The position numbers and the translations under genes are program-made. A stretch of DNA of 64,000 nucleotides from Podarcis gaigeae. Taxonomy: Eukaryota. The stretch lies in the NCBI GenBank assembly GCA_964106915.2, contig OZ066915.1, one strand, 5' to 3'. Below the pieces are notes generated by a model. The model saw only the letters and a program-made list of their open reading frames with translations. It ran no database searches and was not told where the DNA came from. Positions 22,401-32,916 of this stretch are shown piece after piece; position 1 is the first letter of the stretch; each line of letters begins with the position of its first letter.

Positions 22401-25400
22401 CAAGCAGATGAGTGGATCGAATGTATCTGCCAGCTGGCTTTTCAGGTATTGACCTCTTCATATCTACAATGGGAAGGCCCTGTGTCTCGCTGAACCACGG
22501 GGAGATTCCTCCTGGCCACAAGTCAGATGAGTGGAATCTGCTTCCTCTAGAGGTGGCTTGCAGTTGCAAGTTTCTGGCCCTCAGTGAGGGTTGGACTTTA
22601 TGACCTCCCAAGTCCTTTTTGACCTGCATTCCATTGACTGAAGAGGTCCTAAATTTGACTGCTATGGTGGCCGATGTTCCCTGCCCAGTTGCTTTAATGA
22701 TAAGTGCTTTTAATTGTGTATTTTTTTTTTGGTTAGGTTCTGAATACAAGGGTTTATATATTCTTGCAAAAAAAAAATCTTTAGGTTTATTCTGGGAATG
22801 TAGATGGGGATGAAGCTCTGGAAATTCTGGGCATGGTCTCTGGGTCTGAAATCTCCCTTGACGTGATGTATTGCAGCCTATTCTCAACCCATGTTATTCA
22901 GAACATTGTCTCGGTGATTTTAATGGGGCATACATTCAAGAAAGAATGCATAAGAATTTAACCTTCTAGGACACTCCTATCTATATTTACTTGAATATAC
23001 AGTGTTCAGTGAGGCTCACTCCCACATAGGTATACACAGAATTGCTGCCTTAATGTGCAAATAATTTGCGCAATCTCTGTTTTTCAATAAATTCTTGGTC
23101 ATTCCTGTTTGTTGCCACTTTAAAAGAAGAAAATAGCAGCCTAGTTTTCAAGGATGTTAGATGAGGAAGATAATAATTTGTGATGTTCTTTATGCAGGCA
23201 GAATGCTCTGTTAATGACGGTGGGGCTTTAGTAATGGTGAAACTGAGACTGAAGGAGAAAAAGAATGGCTCATGGGGAAATAGTATTTATGCAGAGCTGG
23301 CAACTAAGCTCTTTGCAAAGTGAACAGATCCTTGGTGAGACACAAGGAGAAGAAAAAGGGAAAGTATTAGAGTTGAATGGGAGGATCCATGTTTTTAGTT
23401 GCTCATAAGAACAGTAAGGTGTGGAACAGCTAAAGGGATGTTTCTGGCCCGTAAGAATGGACCAAGGGTTGATGGGCACATGGTTGAAATTGTCTTTGTG
23501 TTCAGGTTGAGGTTCAAAGGGAATAATCCAAATGTTGGAACAAGTCACCCTGCCTTTCTCTGTTTCTGTGAGGGTTTTCATCTGAGAAATGCTCTCCTTG
23601 CTTCATTTCCCCTTTGCTGTGCTGCACACAGAGGATGCCTGCCCCCTCGTCCGGCTCAGTTGGAAACACACCCAGCCCACAGCCCCTCATGGAGGAGAAC
23701 ACCATCTACTCATCCTGGCAAGAAAGTATGTGCCTAAGGGGCAGGGTGGGGGGTGAAGGACCTGGAACAAAACACCAGTTTCTTGTACTACCAAGTGGCA
23801 GCTGATGGAAGGAGAGGCCTTCTGGGGAATTCAGGCTTGTAAGGAGCTTTGGTGCAGCTGCAGGTGCTATAAGGTGGTGGCAGTGGGGAACATGCAACCC
23901 TCTTCTTGCTCCCAACTCCCATCAACCCCATTCAGCATGGAGGACCACAGATTTCCCATCTCTGCTGCACAGGCCCCAGTCCTCTGCTCAAAGTTGACCT
24001 ACAGCCTTTCTCAAACCTGGGTTCCTGATGACTCCCATCATCCCTAGCTACCAGGAAAAGTGGTCAGGGGTGATGGGAGTTGTAGTCCAACAACATCCGG
24101 GAACCCAAGTTTGAGAAAGGCTAGGACATTTGTGAAAACCCAAACAGCCAACCCCCATGCTGGCAAAAATGGGATAAGGTAAATTGGAGGTGAGGAACCT
24201 ATTTCAGCCTGAAGGCCAGATTTGAACTTAATCAACTATCCGGAGGCCGTATTCCAATGGTGGGTGGGGGCAAAAGTGGATGGAGCAAAACAACACAAGA
24301 AAAATTCCTCTGTTAGCACCTCCCCCTGCCCACCTCCACCTTGTCACCTGACATGCAGGCAAACAGCACCCACACATGCATGCATGCATGCGGTCACATA
24401 TACATGCACTTTCACACATCAGACATACTGGCACACAGGCATGTGTTTACATGCACACACACAGTGCTCTCTACCTCAGCACTAGGGTGGCTGGAAAGAT
24501 CCATCTGCCTGCTCTTTAGATAGGATCTCTCAATCTTGACCTTAGCTCCTTAGCGCTAGGATGGGAGAATGAGAGTATAAGGCTGCATTTCTTCCCACCC
24601 ACCCCCTCCAGCACGGCAGGTGGAAACGCTGCCTTTTGCTCTTATCTCTCATCTAAGTGCAGTGGTGTTCAGCACTAACACTGGAGATAAAGAGATCCCT
24701 CTGCCTGCTCTTCAAGCGCTTGTCACCAATCTATTCAGTTCATCTATTTTATTTAACAAACTCTATATACCCCTAAGTGACTTACAAAACAAAATGATTA
24801 GATTCTGATCCTTAGAACGCGATAGATGTGCTGATTGAGCCAGTAGTCACGCTAAACTGACTAATAGTAAAAGCCATAAAATGATGAAACAAGCCATAAA
24901 ATGACGTGAGATGAACGGGAAATGAGAAGGGCTTGTTGGGACAGGCCTGGTGGGGCAGAATAGACCCACAAGCTGAAGGTTCTCCACTATAGAGCTGAAT
25001 CATTGAAAACGTGCCTCCCTTTACTGGTAACCCCCCCCCACAAAAAAAATCTGCAGTCTGAGGTACAGCTGCCAAACCCCACCCGGAAAGTGAATCCATA
25101 GCTGAACTGAAAAGATTTGAAACCAGGGATCTAAAGTTCAACACTCTAATTACGAGTCTCCCAGCTCTTTTGAGCTGACAGCTTTACCCCACTGTTCTTC
25201 AANNNNNNNNNNNNNNNNNNNNNNNNNNNNNNNNNNNNNNNNNNNNNNNNNNNNNNNNNNNNNNNNNNNNNNNNNNNNNNNNNNNNNNNNNNNNNNNNNN
25301 NNNNNNNNNNNNNNNNNNNNNNNNNNNNNNNNNNNNNNNNNNNNNNNNNNNNNNNNNNNNNNNNNNNNNNATGATTTTGGCATTAGAAACAAAGGACCCT

Positions 25401-28400
25401 CTAAAACAGGGACAATTAGAGGCAAAGTGTTATTGAGAAGAAGAGTAAAACAAACAGCTTTGTGTGCTCCTATTATTAGATAGAAGTTTCTCCTTAGCTG
25501 TTCCCACACTGTTCTGTGCCCCAGTGACTCTATATTTACTGAGGCAGATGGGCAAGCTAAAAAAGGAGTCTCATTTTGGAAGGATGTAAATTCACAAGCA
25601 CTAGTGGAAATTCTGATGGAATGGGGGAATAAAGTACATGCTCCAACCATTGTATACTCCACAAGGCAGTTAGGATAGCATGGGAGGAGGAAGGGAAGGG
25701 AAGCAGTCCCAAAAATGTCTTCAACCATAAAAAAATATATATGAGTCAGGACTCTTTAGATAGAAGCACAACAAAAACATGGGTTCCTCTTCAGATTTCT
25801 GAATCCCTTTCCCACCAGAGTTACACTTGCTCCTCCCCTATCAGTTTGCTCCTCCCCCTTGAGCAGAATACAGTTTTCAAAATAAGCTAACACATGTGCC
25901 CAGCTACTTTATCTTATTTTTGCAACCTCCACTCATTTTGTGCAGTTTTGGTTGCAGTCATACCTTGGTGGTTGAACGGAATCCATTCCGGAAGTCCATT
26001 CAACTTCCAAAATGTTCGGGAATGAAGCCATGGCTTTCGATTGGCTGCAGGAAGCTCCTGCAGCCAATCAGAAGCCGTGGAACCCGTTGGACATTTGGGT
26101 TCCAAAAAACATTTGCAAACATGAACACTCACTTCCGGGTTTGCGGCGTTCGGGAGCCAAAACGTTCGACTCGCAAGGGGGTTCAACTTCCAAGGTATGA
26201 ATGTACTTTGGTGGTGTGCAGTTTTGATAAGTTTTTGTTTGCTTATTTTTTTAAAAAGTGCGCTCACAGAGTGTAGTCAGAGCCATGGCGGGGTTGGGAG
26301 GAATTAAAACTAAGAACGCGCATGGCTTTTGAGGGATTTGTTGACTTTTTGCAATGCCTTCTCAACAGCCTGCGAGTTCCCCGTGTCAGTTTTCCCGACA
26401 GAGGCATCTGCAAGATGTCACTTGAAAGGGAACTACCTGATGACGACTTTACCTGAGCACCTGGTGCTGAAGGACATGCACTCCGGGCAAGCCCTCTATA
26501 CCTGGCCTTATGCCTTCCTCCGAAGATTTGGCCAGGAAAAGGTATGTTGTGTCTGTTTCCTCCTCCAGTGGCCCAGAAAACACCCGTCCTCTACTGACTA
26601 CCCTTAGGAATAGCATCAAAGGCAGGGAACATCCTGTCTTGTCCTGCAGCTTGAGGACAGGGAGTACCCTCATTCCCAGTGGGCTGTGTTAGCAGGCCCT
26701 GGTCACACCTTCAGCCCACAGGATGATTTCAAAATAAGCGGACCTGGGAAGCGGGTGGTGCTGTGGGTTAAACCACAGAGCCTAGGACTTGCCAATCAGA
26801 AGTTCGGCGGTTCAAATCCCCGAGACGGGGTGAGCTCCCATTGCTTGGTCCCTGCTCCTGCCAACCTAGCAGTTCGAAAGCACGTCAAAGTGCAAGTAGA
26901 TAAATAGGTACCGCTCTGGCGGGAAGGTGAGCGGCGTTTCCGTGCGCTGCTCTGCTTCGCCAGAAGCGGCTTAGTCCTGCTGGCCACATGACCCAGAAGC
27001 TGTACGCCGGCTCTCTCGGCCAATAAAGCGAGATGAACACCACAATCCCAGAGTCGGTCACAACTGGACCTAATGGTCAGGGGTCCCTTTACCTTTACAG
27101 GGATAGCAGATAAGTCTACCTCACACTTCAGGTGATGCTTCTTGTAGTGTGTTGCTGCTGTTCTGGGAATAGTAGTATCTTTAGTAAATTCACACCCACC
27201 CCTTTCTGCCTTGGTGCATTGGGCTAGGAGTTGAAATACTCCCCTCCCATTATTTCACCATTCACTTGAACACGTAAAAAAATTGTCCACCCACTCTTCT
27301 GATATGATAATCCTGGAGGCTGGTATATTTCCTCCTGCTGCCCCACCCACCTTCTTAGTTTGCTGCCTGCTCCTGGGACTTTTTAAACCCATCCAGATTA
27401 GACTCAGTTAGAGCTATTTCATATGCAGGGACCATAGATCAGCTGCTGAAAGCGTGCTGCGCATCCCTTGCATGCCGAAGTCACCAGATTCTATCCCTGG
27501 CATCTCCAGTTAAAAGAAATAGGTAGAAGATGATGGGGAAGAGTCTCTGCCTGAGAGCTGTGGCAAGCTAAACTGGGCAATCCTGGGCTAGATGGAGGAA
27601 ATATAGTCCAAACAGATGGACCTCTTGCTGCTGGATGCCAAAGACAAGATGACAGCCTTTGATTCCATGCACAGAAGCTACCTGGCCTGACAGCCGAGTC
27701 TTAGCATTGGCAATGGCACAGCACCCTCTACCACTCCTGGGGGCAGCAGGCTATCCTGGCAGGAGGGAGTGCAGCGCAGCCTAGCTTAAGGGACTTGGAA
27801 GAATGATGGTGGACTGCTGCCCTGCCCCCAGTGGTGAATGGTGCCCCTTTGTGACTGGTCAGGAGGAAGGCAGAGAGACCAACAGCAGGTGGCGCCGGAG
27901 CCATGACAGGCAGAGCCACCTGTGACAAGTTGTAAGTAAGGAGACAGTTTGGGGTTGGCTGAGGGCAGGCTGAGTTTGGTGGGACAGGGCTCCCTTTGCC
28001 CTGAATGGACCAGCCTGGGTTGCCTGCCCTAATGGTAGGGCTGCCCTTGAGTCTGGCCCAATATAAGGCCTCTTCCAGGTAAATCTCTGCAATGTCCAGC
28101 TAAAAGGATTTTGGGTGGCATAGCAAGAGGAAATGTCTGGCTGAGATGCTGAAGAGCCACTGCCCATCATAATCCTGGGCTAAAAGGTCCCATTGACTTA
28201 AATCAGCAACATCTATCGAGTCTGTTTTTCCTGGATCTGTCTCCATTGAGGTTCAGCATCAGCAGACAACTATGGGCTGATCCACATCATACATGAAAAG
28301 CGCATCCAGTGTGTGTTCAAAGCGCATGGCTTTCCCCAAAAAGGAACCCTGGGAAACGGTAGTTGGTTGAGGCTGCTGGGCACTGTAGAACTACAGTTCC

Positions 28401-29387
28401 CAGGGTTCTTTGGAGTTCCTTAAATGTTTGTTGGGTGTGCTTTAAATGTTTGGTGCTGCTTTGCCTTAGATGCTGCAGGGGAAACTTGAGCAGAGATATC
28501 AATGATGGCCAAGTATGAGAATCACCTTAAGAAAGCACCTTTGTGTTCCCCCACTCTCTCCCCAGACGGTGTTCTCCTTTGAGGCCGGGCGCCGCTGTGA
28601 CTCCGGAGAGGGCCTCTTTATCTTTAACACCACACGGGCTGTGGAGATCTGCCGAGCTGTCTCGGCCTCCATAGACCGCCAGAAAGCCACTCTTCTGGAG
28701 AGAGACAAGAAAGCCGGCATCTCCCCACCCCAGGACTGTGTGCAGAAAGCAGGGGGCTGGTCCTGGCCCACCAGCCCGGAGAGCCCGGAGGGAGTGCAGC
28801 CGCTGTACGAAAGAACGCCAAAGGGAAGTGTGGACATGGGGTACTCGGCAGCGCCTCCTGGCGGCAGCCGCTCCATCTCCCCAGAGTTCAAGGCTTCCGA
28901 CTCGCCCATCATCTACGCTTCCATTGGCAAGAGCTTCCCTCTCCCGTTCCAGCCCTCGGGCAAGGCAGAGGCAGAACCCAAAGCGGGAAGTGAGCAGGGC
29001 TCGGACCACCTCTATGAGAATCTGCGCAGTCTGGAGCAGCAGGCCCTCTGCGCGGAGCCTCTGAGCCTCGGCTACAGAGACTCCCCTGAGGGCAGCGGCA
29101 GCAACGGGGGGTCGCCCATCTATGACAACAGCCCTGTCGTGGCAAGGCGCTCCAACAGTAACCCTGGCTTCAATCCCAGTGCTGTGGGGGCTGACCCTGC
29201 CCCAGACAGCCAGTGTCCCCCTCCCTTGCTGGATTGCCAGGGGCCTGAAAGCGGAGGTGAGGGCCGGGCCAGGGCCAAGGCCAGAGGGGCTGGGGCCTTC
29301 AAGCACAAGCTGGTCACTATGTTGAGCCGGGATGGAGGAGCCAGCAAAGCAGCCGGCAAGAACGCAGGCTCAATGGACAAAGCATGA
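18734..29387 (+). CDS. DOK3: Docking protein 3 (PH-PTB adaptor), 5 coding exons, 478 aa
   Basis: join(18734..18790,22155..22445,23632..23725,26369..26541,28566..29387) = 1437 nt, intron phases 0,0,1,0 consistent. PH domain (KDGILYIQHPKFGK/KVWRKVWAQL...EWIECICQLAF), MEENTIYSSW linker, PTB domain (WPYAFLRRFG, FSFEAGRRCDSGEGLF), tail tyrosine motifs IYASI, HLYENL and PIYDN, and FKHKLVTMLSR. Confidence 0.95.
19054..19076 (+). terminator. Predicted DDX41 poly(A) signals, lying within DOK3 intron 1
   Basis: AATAAA at 19054-19059 and ATTAAA at 19071-19076, with upstream TGTA elements. These are the first canonical signals after the DDX41 stop. Confidence 0.7.
19401..19460. repeat. (TTTC)15 microsatellite
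   Basis: Read directly from the sequence. Confidence 0.95.
20910..21460 (+). mobile_element. Degraded L2-type LINE 3' fragment
   Basis: Encodes VVHALVTSRLD, typical of the L2 ORF2 C-terminus, then decays into an AT-rich tail. Confidence 0.65.
22155..22445 (+). CDS. DOK3: DOK3 coding exon 2 (PH domain)
   Basis: KVWRKVWAQLFADSPSGIARLE...ICQLAFQ, 291 nt. Confidence 0.95.
23632..23725 (+). CDS. DOK3: DOK3 coding exon 3
   Basis: RMPAPSSG...MEENTIYSSWQE, 94 nt, donor A|GTATGT. Confidence 0.9.
25203..25370. other. Assembly gap
   Basis: Run of N. Confidence 0.99.
25955..26203. mobile_element. Tc1/mariner-pogo type MITE
   Basis: TIRs cagtcataccttgg...ccaaggtatgaatg, TA on the right flank. Confidence 0.7.
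26369..26541 (+). CDS. DOK3: DOK3 coding exon 4 (PTB domain)
   Basis: CEFPVSVFPTEASARCHL...WPYAFLRRFGQEK, 173 nt. Confidence 0.95.
26746..27098 (+). mobile_element. Sauria SINE, full length
   Basis: tRNA-derived head with B box ggttcaaatccc, body gcagttcgaaagcacgtcaaagtgcaagtagataaatagg, and (ACCTTT) tail. Three more copies occur in the window. Confidence 0.9.
28566..29387 (+). CDS. DOK3: DOK3 last coding exon
   Basis: TVFSFEAGRRCDSGEG...GSMDKA*, 822 nt. Confidence 0.95.
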   Translation, partial: TVFSFEAGRRCDSGEGLFIFNTTRAVEICRAVSASIDRQKATLLERDKKAGISPPQDCVQKAGGWSWPTSPESPEGVQPLYERTPKGSVDMGYSAAPPGGSRSISPEFKASDSPIIYASIGKSFPLPFQPSGKAEAEPKAGSEQGSDHLYENLRSLEQQALCAEPLSLGYRDSPEGSGSNGGSPIYDNSPVVARRSNSNPGFNPSAVGADPAPDSQCPPPLLDCQGPESGGEGRARAKARGAGAFKHKLVTMLSRDGGASKAAGKNAGSMDKA

Positions 29388-29684
29388 TGGATCCCTCCAG
29401 CTGCCTGGGGTTTGGGGAGCCCCTTCCGCCAATTTAATCTCCTATTCCTCCTCTGCCTCCTCCTTATCAAGACTTTGGCAGGCGGGATCTATGTGACCTC
29501 AAGACGCAGCTTCTCAAATCGTTAGATAGTGACACGGTGGAGGCAAGGCTGGTTAGATGCCCTCAGCTCCATTGTGTCAGCCTTGGTTCCTCAGGTGAAG
29601 CATGTCAAGCTTGGGAACAAGGGGATCTGAGGGACCAGGTGGGTGAGGTGTACATTTTGGGTTTTCTTTTTTCCTTTGTGTCTC

Positions 29685-29698
29685 AATAAATAAATAAA
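29685..29698 (+). terminator. DOK3 poly(A) signal
   Basis: Three overlapping AATAAA about 300 nt after the stop codon. Confidence 0.8.
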
Positions 29699-32279
29699 AC
29701 AACGTTTCTTGGGTTATCAAGTCCCTCTGTTGATGCGGATTCTGCTTGTCTCTTTGTCTCTTTGCTCTTTTGCTTTTGAGACCACCTGTCACTGCTGCAC
29801 TTCCCAGGGAGGGATCTTCTCGTGGAAACCCCCTGGGAACTTGTTGATGTTATGAGGGCCAGCCTCACTCGGTGGTGAAGGGCATTCTTGCTTGGCAAGT
29901 GCTAAATCCCTGGGATCTCTGGATGCAGGGCTGGGAAAAGCATCCATGTGACATCTTGGAGAACCCATGCCAGTCAGCACAGTATCACATAGCCCTCAAC
30001 TGTCCTGGAAAACCTGGGACATCCCACCACCTAGGAGCATGGCAGCCATTTTGGGCGTCACAATCTCACCCTGAAAAAAGTGCTTTTTGGGGGCCGTGAT
30101 CTTGCACGAGTCACATGACTCATGCAGTAGTGCAGCCCCGGAAGATGGTGTCCTAGATTTTCGTCATGACGCGTTGGAGGGTATGGTATCAGACTCCCTA
30201 GGTAGCCCATGGCCTGACCTAAGGCACCTTCCTCTGTTCTTATCCATTTAGTATCCTAGCACCGTCCTTTTATTGAAGTGATGGGGAATCTTTAGCCCTC
30301 TTGGACTCCATCAGTCCCACCAAGCATAGCCAATGACAAGTTGTTGTAGTCCAACAACATAACAAAGGCCATAGGTTCCTCTTTTTGCCTTTTTTTTTTT
30401 TTTTTTTGCATGCTATAGTATGATGAGCTTCAAGTAATTGCTCTATTCTTGCACTAGAGGGCAATATGCCCTTTGCATGTAACTGAGCTCCAGCTTGCTC
30501 CATGTCAGCCCCATGGAGACAAAGGTGGACCCTGCGTGGCTTTCATGTTCTGCTGACCAGTCAGTTGTGAATGGAACGTGTGCTATTGTGAGGAGAGTTT
30601 TCTTTTAAATTATGTCTTGGAGTGGCCATTTCCTATTGTAAAGAGTAAATTCCTGAGTTGGAATAATGGGGTGACCCTCAACAGACCTCTAGATTCCAAC
30701 CTCCCTTTTCCTTTTAATCTCTTCTTCATTTATTTCTCTGGTGTTTCTGGGCATTAAGTTGCCTGGAGTATGAATTCAGCAGTACTTAAGAGTACCAAGA
30801 GATTTTGCTGTCTGGAACAAGAACCCCCCCCCACACACACACCCTGGCCCACCAGTTCAAATTGCATGTAACAGTACAGAAGACAACTGTTCTGGAATTT
30901 TCTTTCACTATGTATATGCCACACATGTAAAGCACATTGCCTCATCCCACCCTAAAAAGAATCCTGGGTATTGTAGTTTGTTAAAGGTGCTGGAAATTGC
31001 AGCTCTACGAGGAGTAAACTTCAGGTCCCAGGATTCTCTTGTGTGTGTGAGTGCTTTAAATGGTGTGTATGCAGCCAGCTACACACCAGAGGGCAGCAGG
31101 TGAGCTTAGAGGCTGTGGTGCAGATCAGATGGTGGCACATGCGGGCCCTCAGCACCTGCCGCCTGAGGCAGCTGTCTCACTCTACCTAATGGTAGAGCCA
31201 GCCCTGAGAAGAGCAACAGTTGTCATCAGTGGGCTCCAAAAGTCACGACCCGGAAAGGGTAGCATTAGGTCTGTCACCACATTCTGTGTGGAGTGCAGCC
31301 CCAAATACATATGAAGAGGAGCTGGTACAGCACCGTGCTTGTGAGTAATATCTGAAGGAAAGTTCATGTAAAAGAAGAGAGGGGACTGTGGCATTCTGAA
31401 ACATGGGCCAAATCTTAAAATGCAAGCCATGGCAGAGCAGCTTTCCAATAAGGAGATGAGGGAAGTGTGTGTGTCTCTTTCGCAGTGAGGCAGCTCTGTT
31501 GTTAAGAGGCTGTGTTGCACACGCAGAGAGTGGAAGAGGGATTTCCCTTTGGCGCCATCTGAGGATAATAACGGAGCCACTTCCTGCTCTGCTTTGCTAA
31601 GCAAATCCAGATGTGGGCCTTCTGAATAGAAGCAGCAGGCAGCTTGCTGTAAACAGCTCCAGGCCTCAGTCAAAAGGATGGCGGCAGCCGCTGCTCTGCC
31701 AACGCAGTAGCCTAACCCTGTGGTTCAAGAGGAAGCTCTGCCTGAAGAACCCACCACAAGACAGATCAGACAATGCCAAGCTCCTTATGAATGCATTTGT
31801 GTGAGGTAGGAGGGTGAGGGTCACAAATATCTATTACTTTGGTGTGATTTTGGGGCAGGTAGCAATGGATCCCAGTTGCTTTAGGCTCTCTGAACTCAGA
31901 TCCAGCAGTTCAATCCAAGACTGGCGGTGCGAGGAGGGAGGGCGGGGAGAGAGAAAGTTTTATTAGCAGGATGGTTTTCATTTGGGTAGCTCTGAAGCGT
32001 AAAATGAAGGCAGGGCCATATGGCTGTTGCAGTGCCAGTTTATGTCCAGCAGAGGGAGTCAGATTATCAGATTCCTCTGCTGCTACTTAATTGGACTTTA
32101 AGCAGAAGGAAAGTAGGCGGCATCCATTAACTGCTTGCATTTTGGGGTAGCATTTTTCAAGGATGTAAATAAATCCAGGTTTCTTTTTAAAAAATGGGTT
32201 TGCTGACCAGCACCTAAGTGGGTGCTGTAGAGGGCAGAAAGAGGGTTTCTTTTGCTCTGTGTTTAGGTCACTTTCTCGT

Positions 32280-32916
32280 AATCATAGAATCATAGAAATA
32301 AAGTATGGAAATAAAGGTCTAGGGTGGTTTCATTAATCAAAGCAACTGCTCCTGACTTGGACATATGAGCAGAGGCCAGGTGAGCTGCCTTGATCAGGTA
32401 ATGCATGGTGTTCTGGGGAAACATGTCATCGTCGTCTTTGGCAATCGCTTGTAGAAGAGTAAGATTGTCTTCCGTGAACACGGTCTTAACAGTGAGTCCA
32501 TAAGTGTCTGTGGAGGCCAATTCTAGATCCACACGTCCTTCCACAGCGGGGACATAGGTTTCCAGGGAGGAGTTGATCATGGTGAGGGTTTGCCAAACGT
32601 CCCTTTCTCTTAGCACGTTTCTCCCTTTTGTCCTGAGTTCGAGTGTCTTCAAAGTCCACAACACCTTTGGTAAAGGCTGTTCTCCAATTAGAGCACCATC
32701 AACGGTGTCTCTGAAAACTTTTACATATCACTTGGGGGGACATGTGTGGTTATCATGACCAGGACTGCAATTGTAGGGGTATCTGTAGGAACTGTACTCG
32801 GTACAGTTGTCAGCTGACCATTGGCCCAGTTTTCCTGCTACTGCAAAACCAATAACTTCTTGACAAATCCTCCATGTACATAATTGCCAGCAATTGAAAC
32901 TTGAAAAGAGGGAGCT
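32280..32916 (-). pseudogene. Intronless glycoprotein-like reading frame with CR1-type tail; candidate endogenous viral element
   Basis: Frame 32916->32290 has 209 codons with one internal TGA (32730-32728), 6 Cys and 6 N-X-S/T sequons. It terminates in ttctatgattctatgatt (32297-32280). Identity unconfirmed. Confidence 0.5.

Noticed and set aside
25150-25728. 192-aa ORF
   Set aside because: Its length is inflated by reading through the N gap. The same applies to ORFs at 56557-57134.
28499-29470. Long minus-strand ORFs (259, 137 and 116 aa)
   Set aside because: Antisense shadows of the GC-rich last DOK3 exon.
29988-30185. Composite E-box/AP-1/ETS motif cluster (GTCACATGACTCA, CCGGAAG)
   Set aside because: It lies within an element with inverted termini (catagccctcaac...gttggagggtatg), so it is probably transposon-derived.
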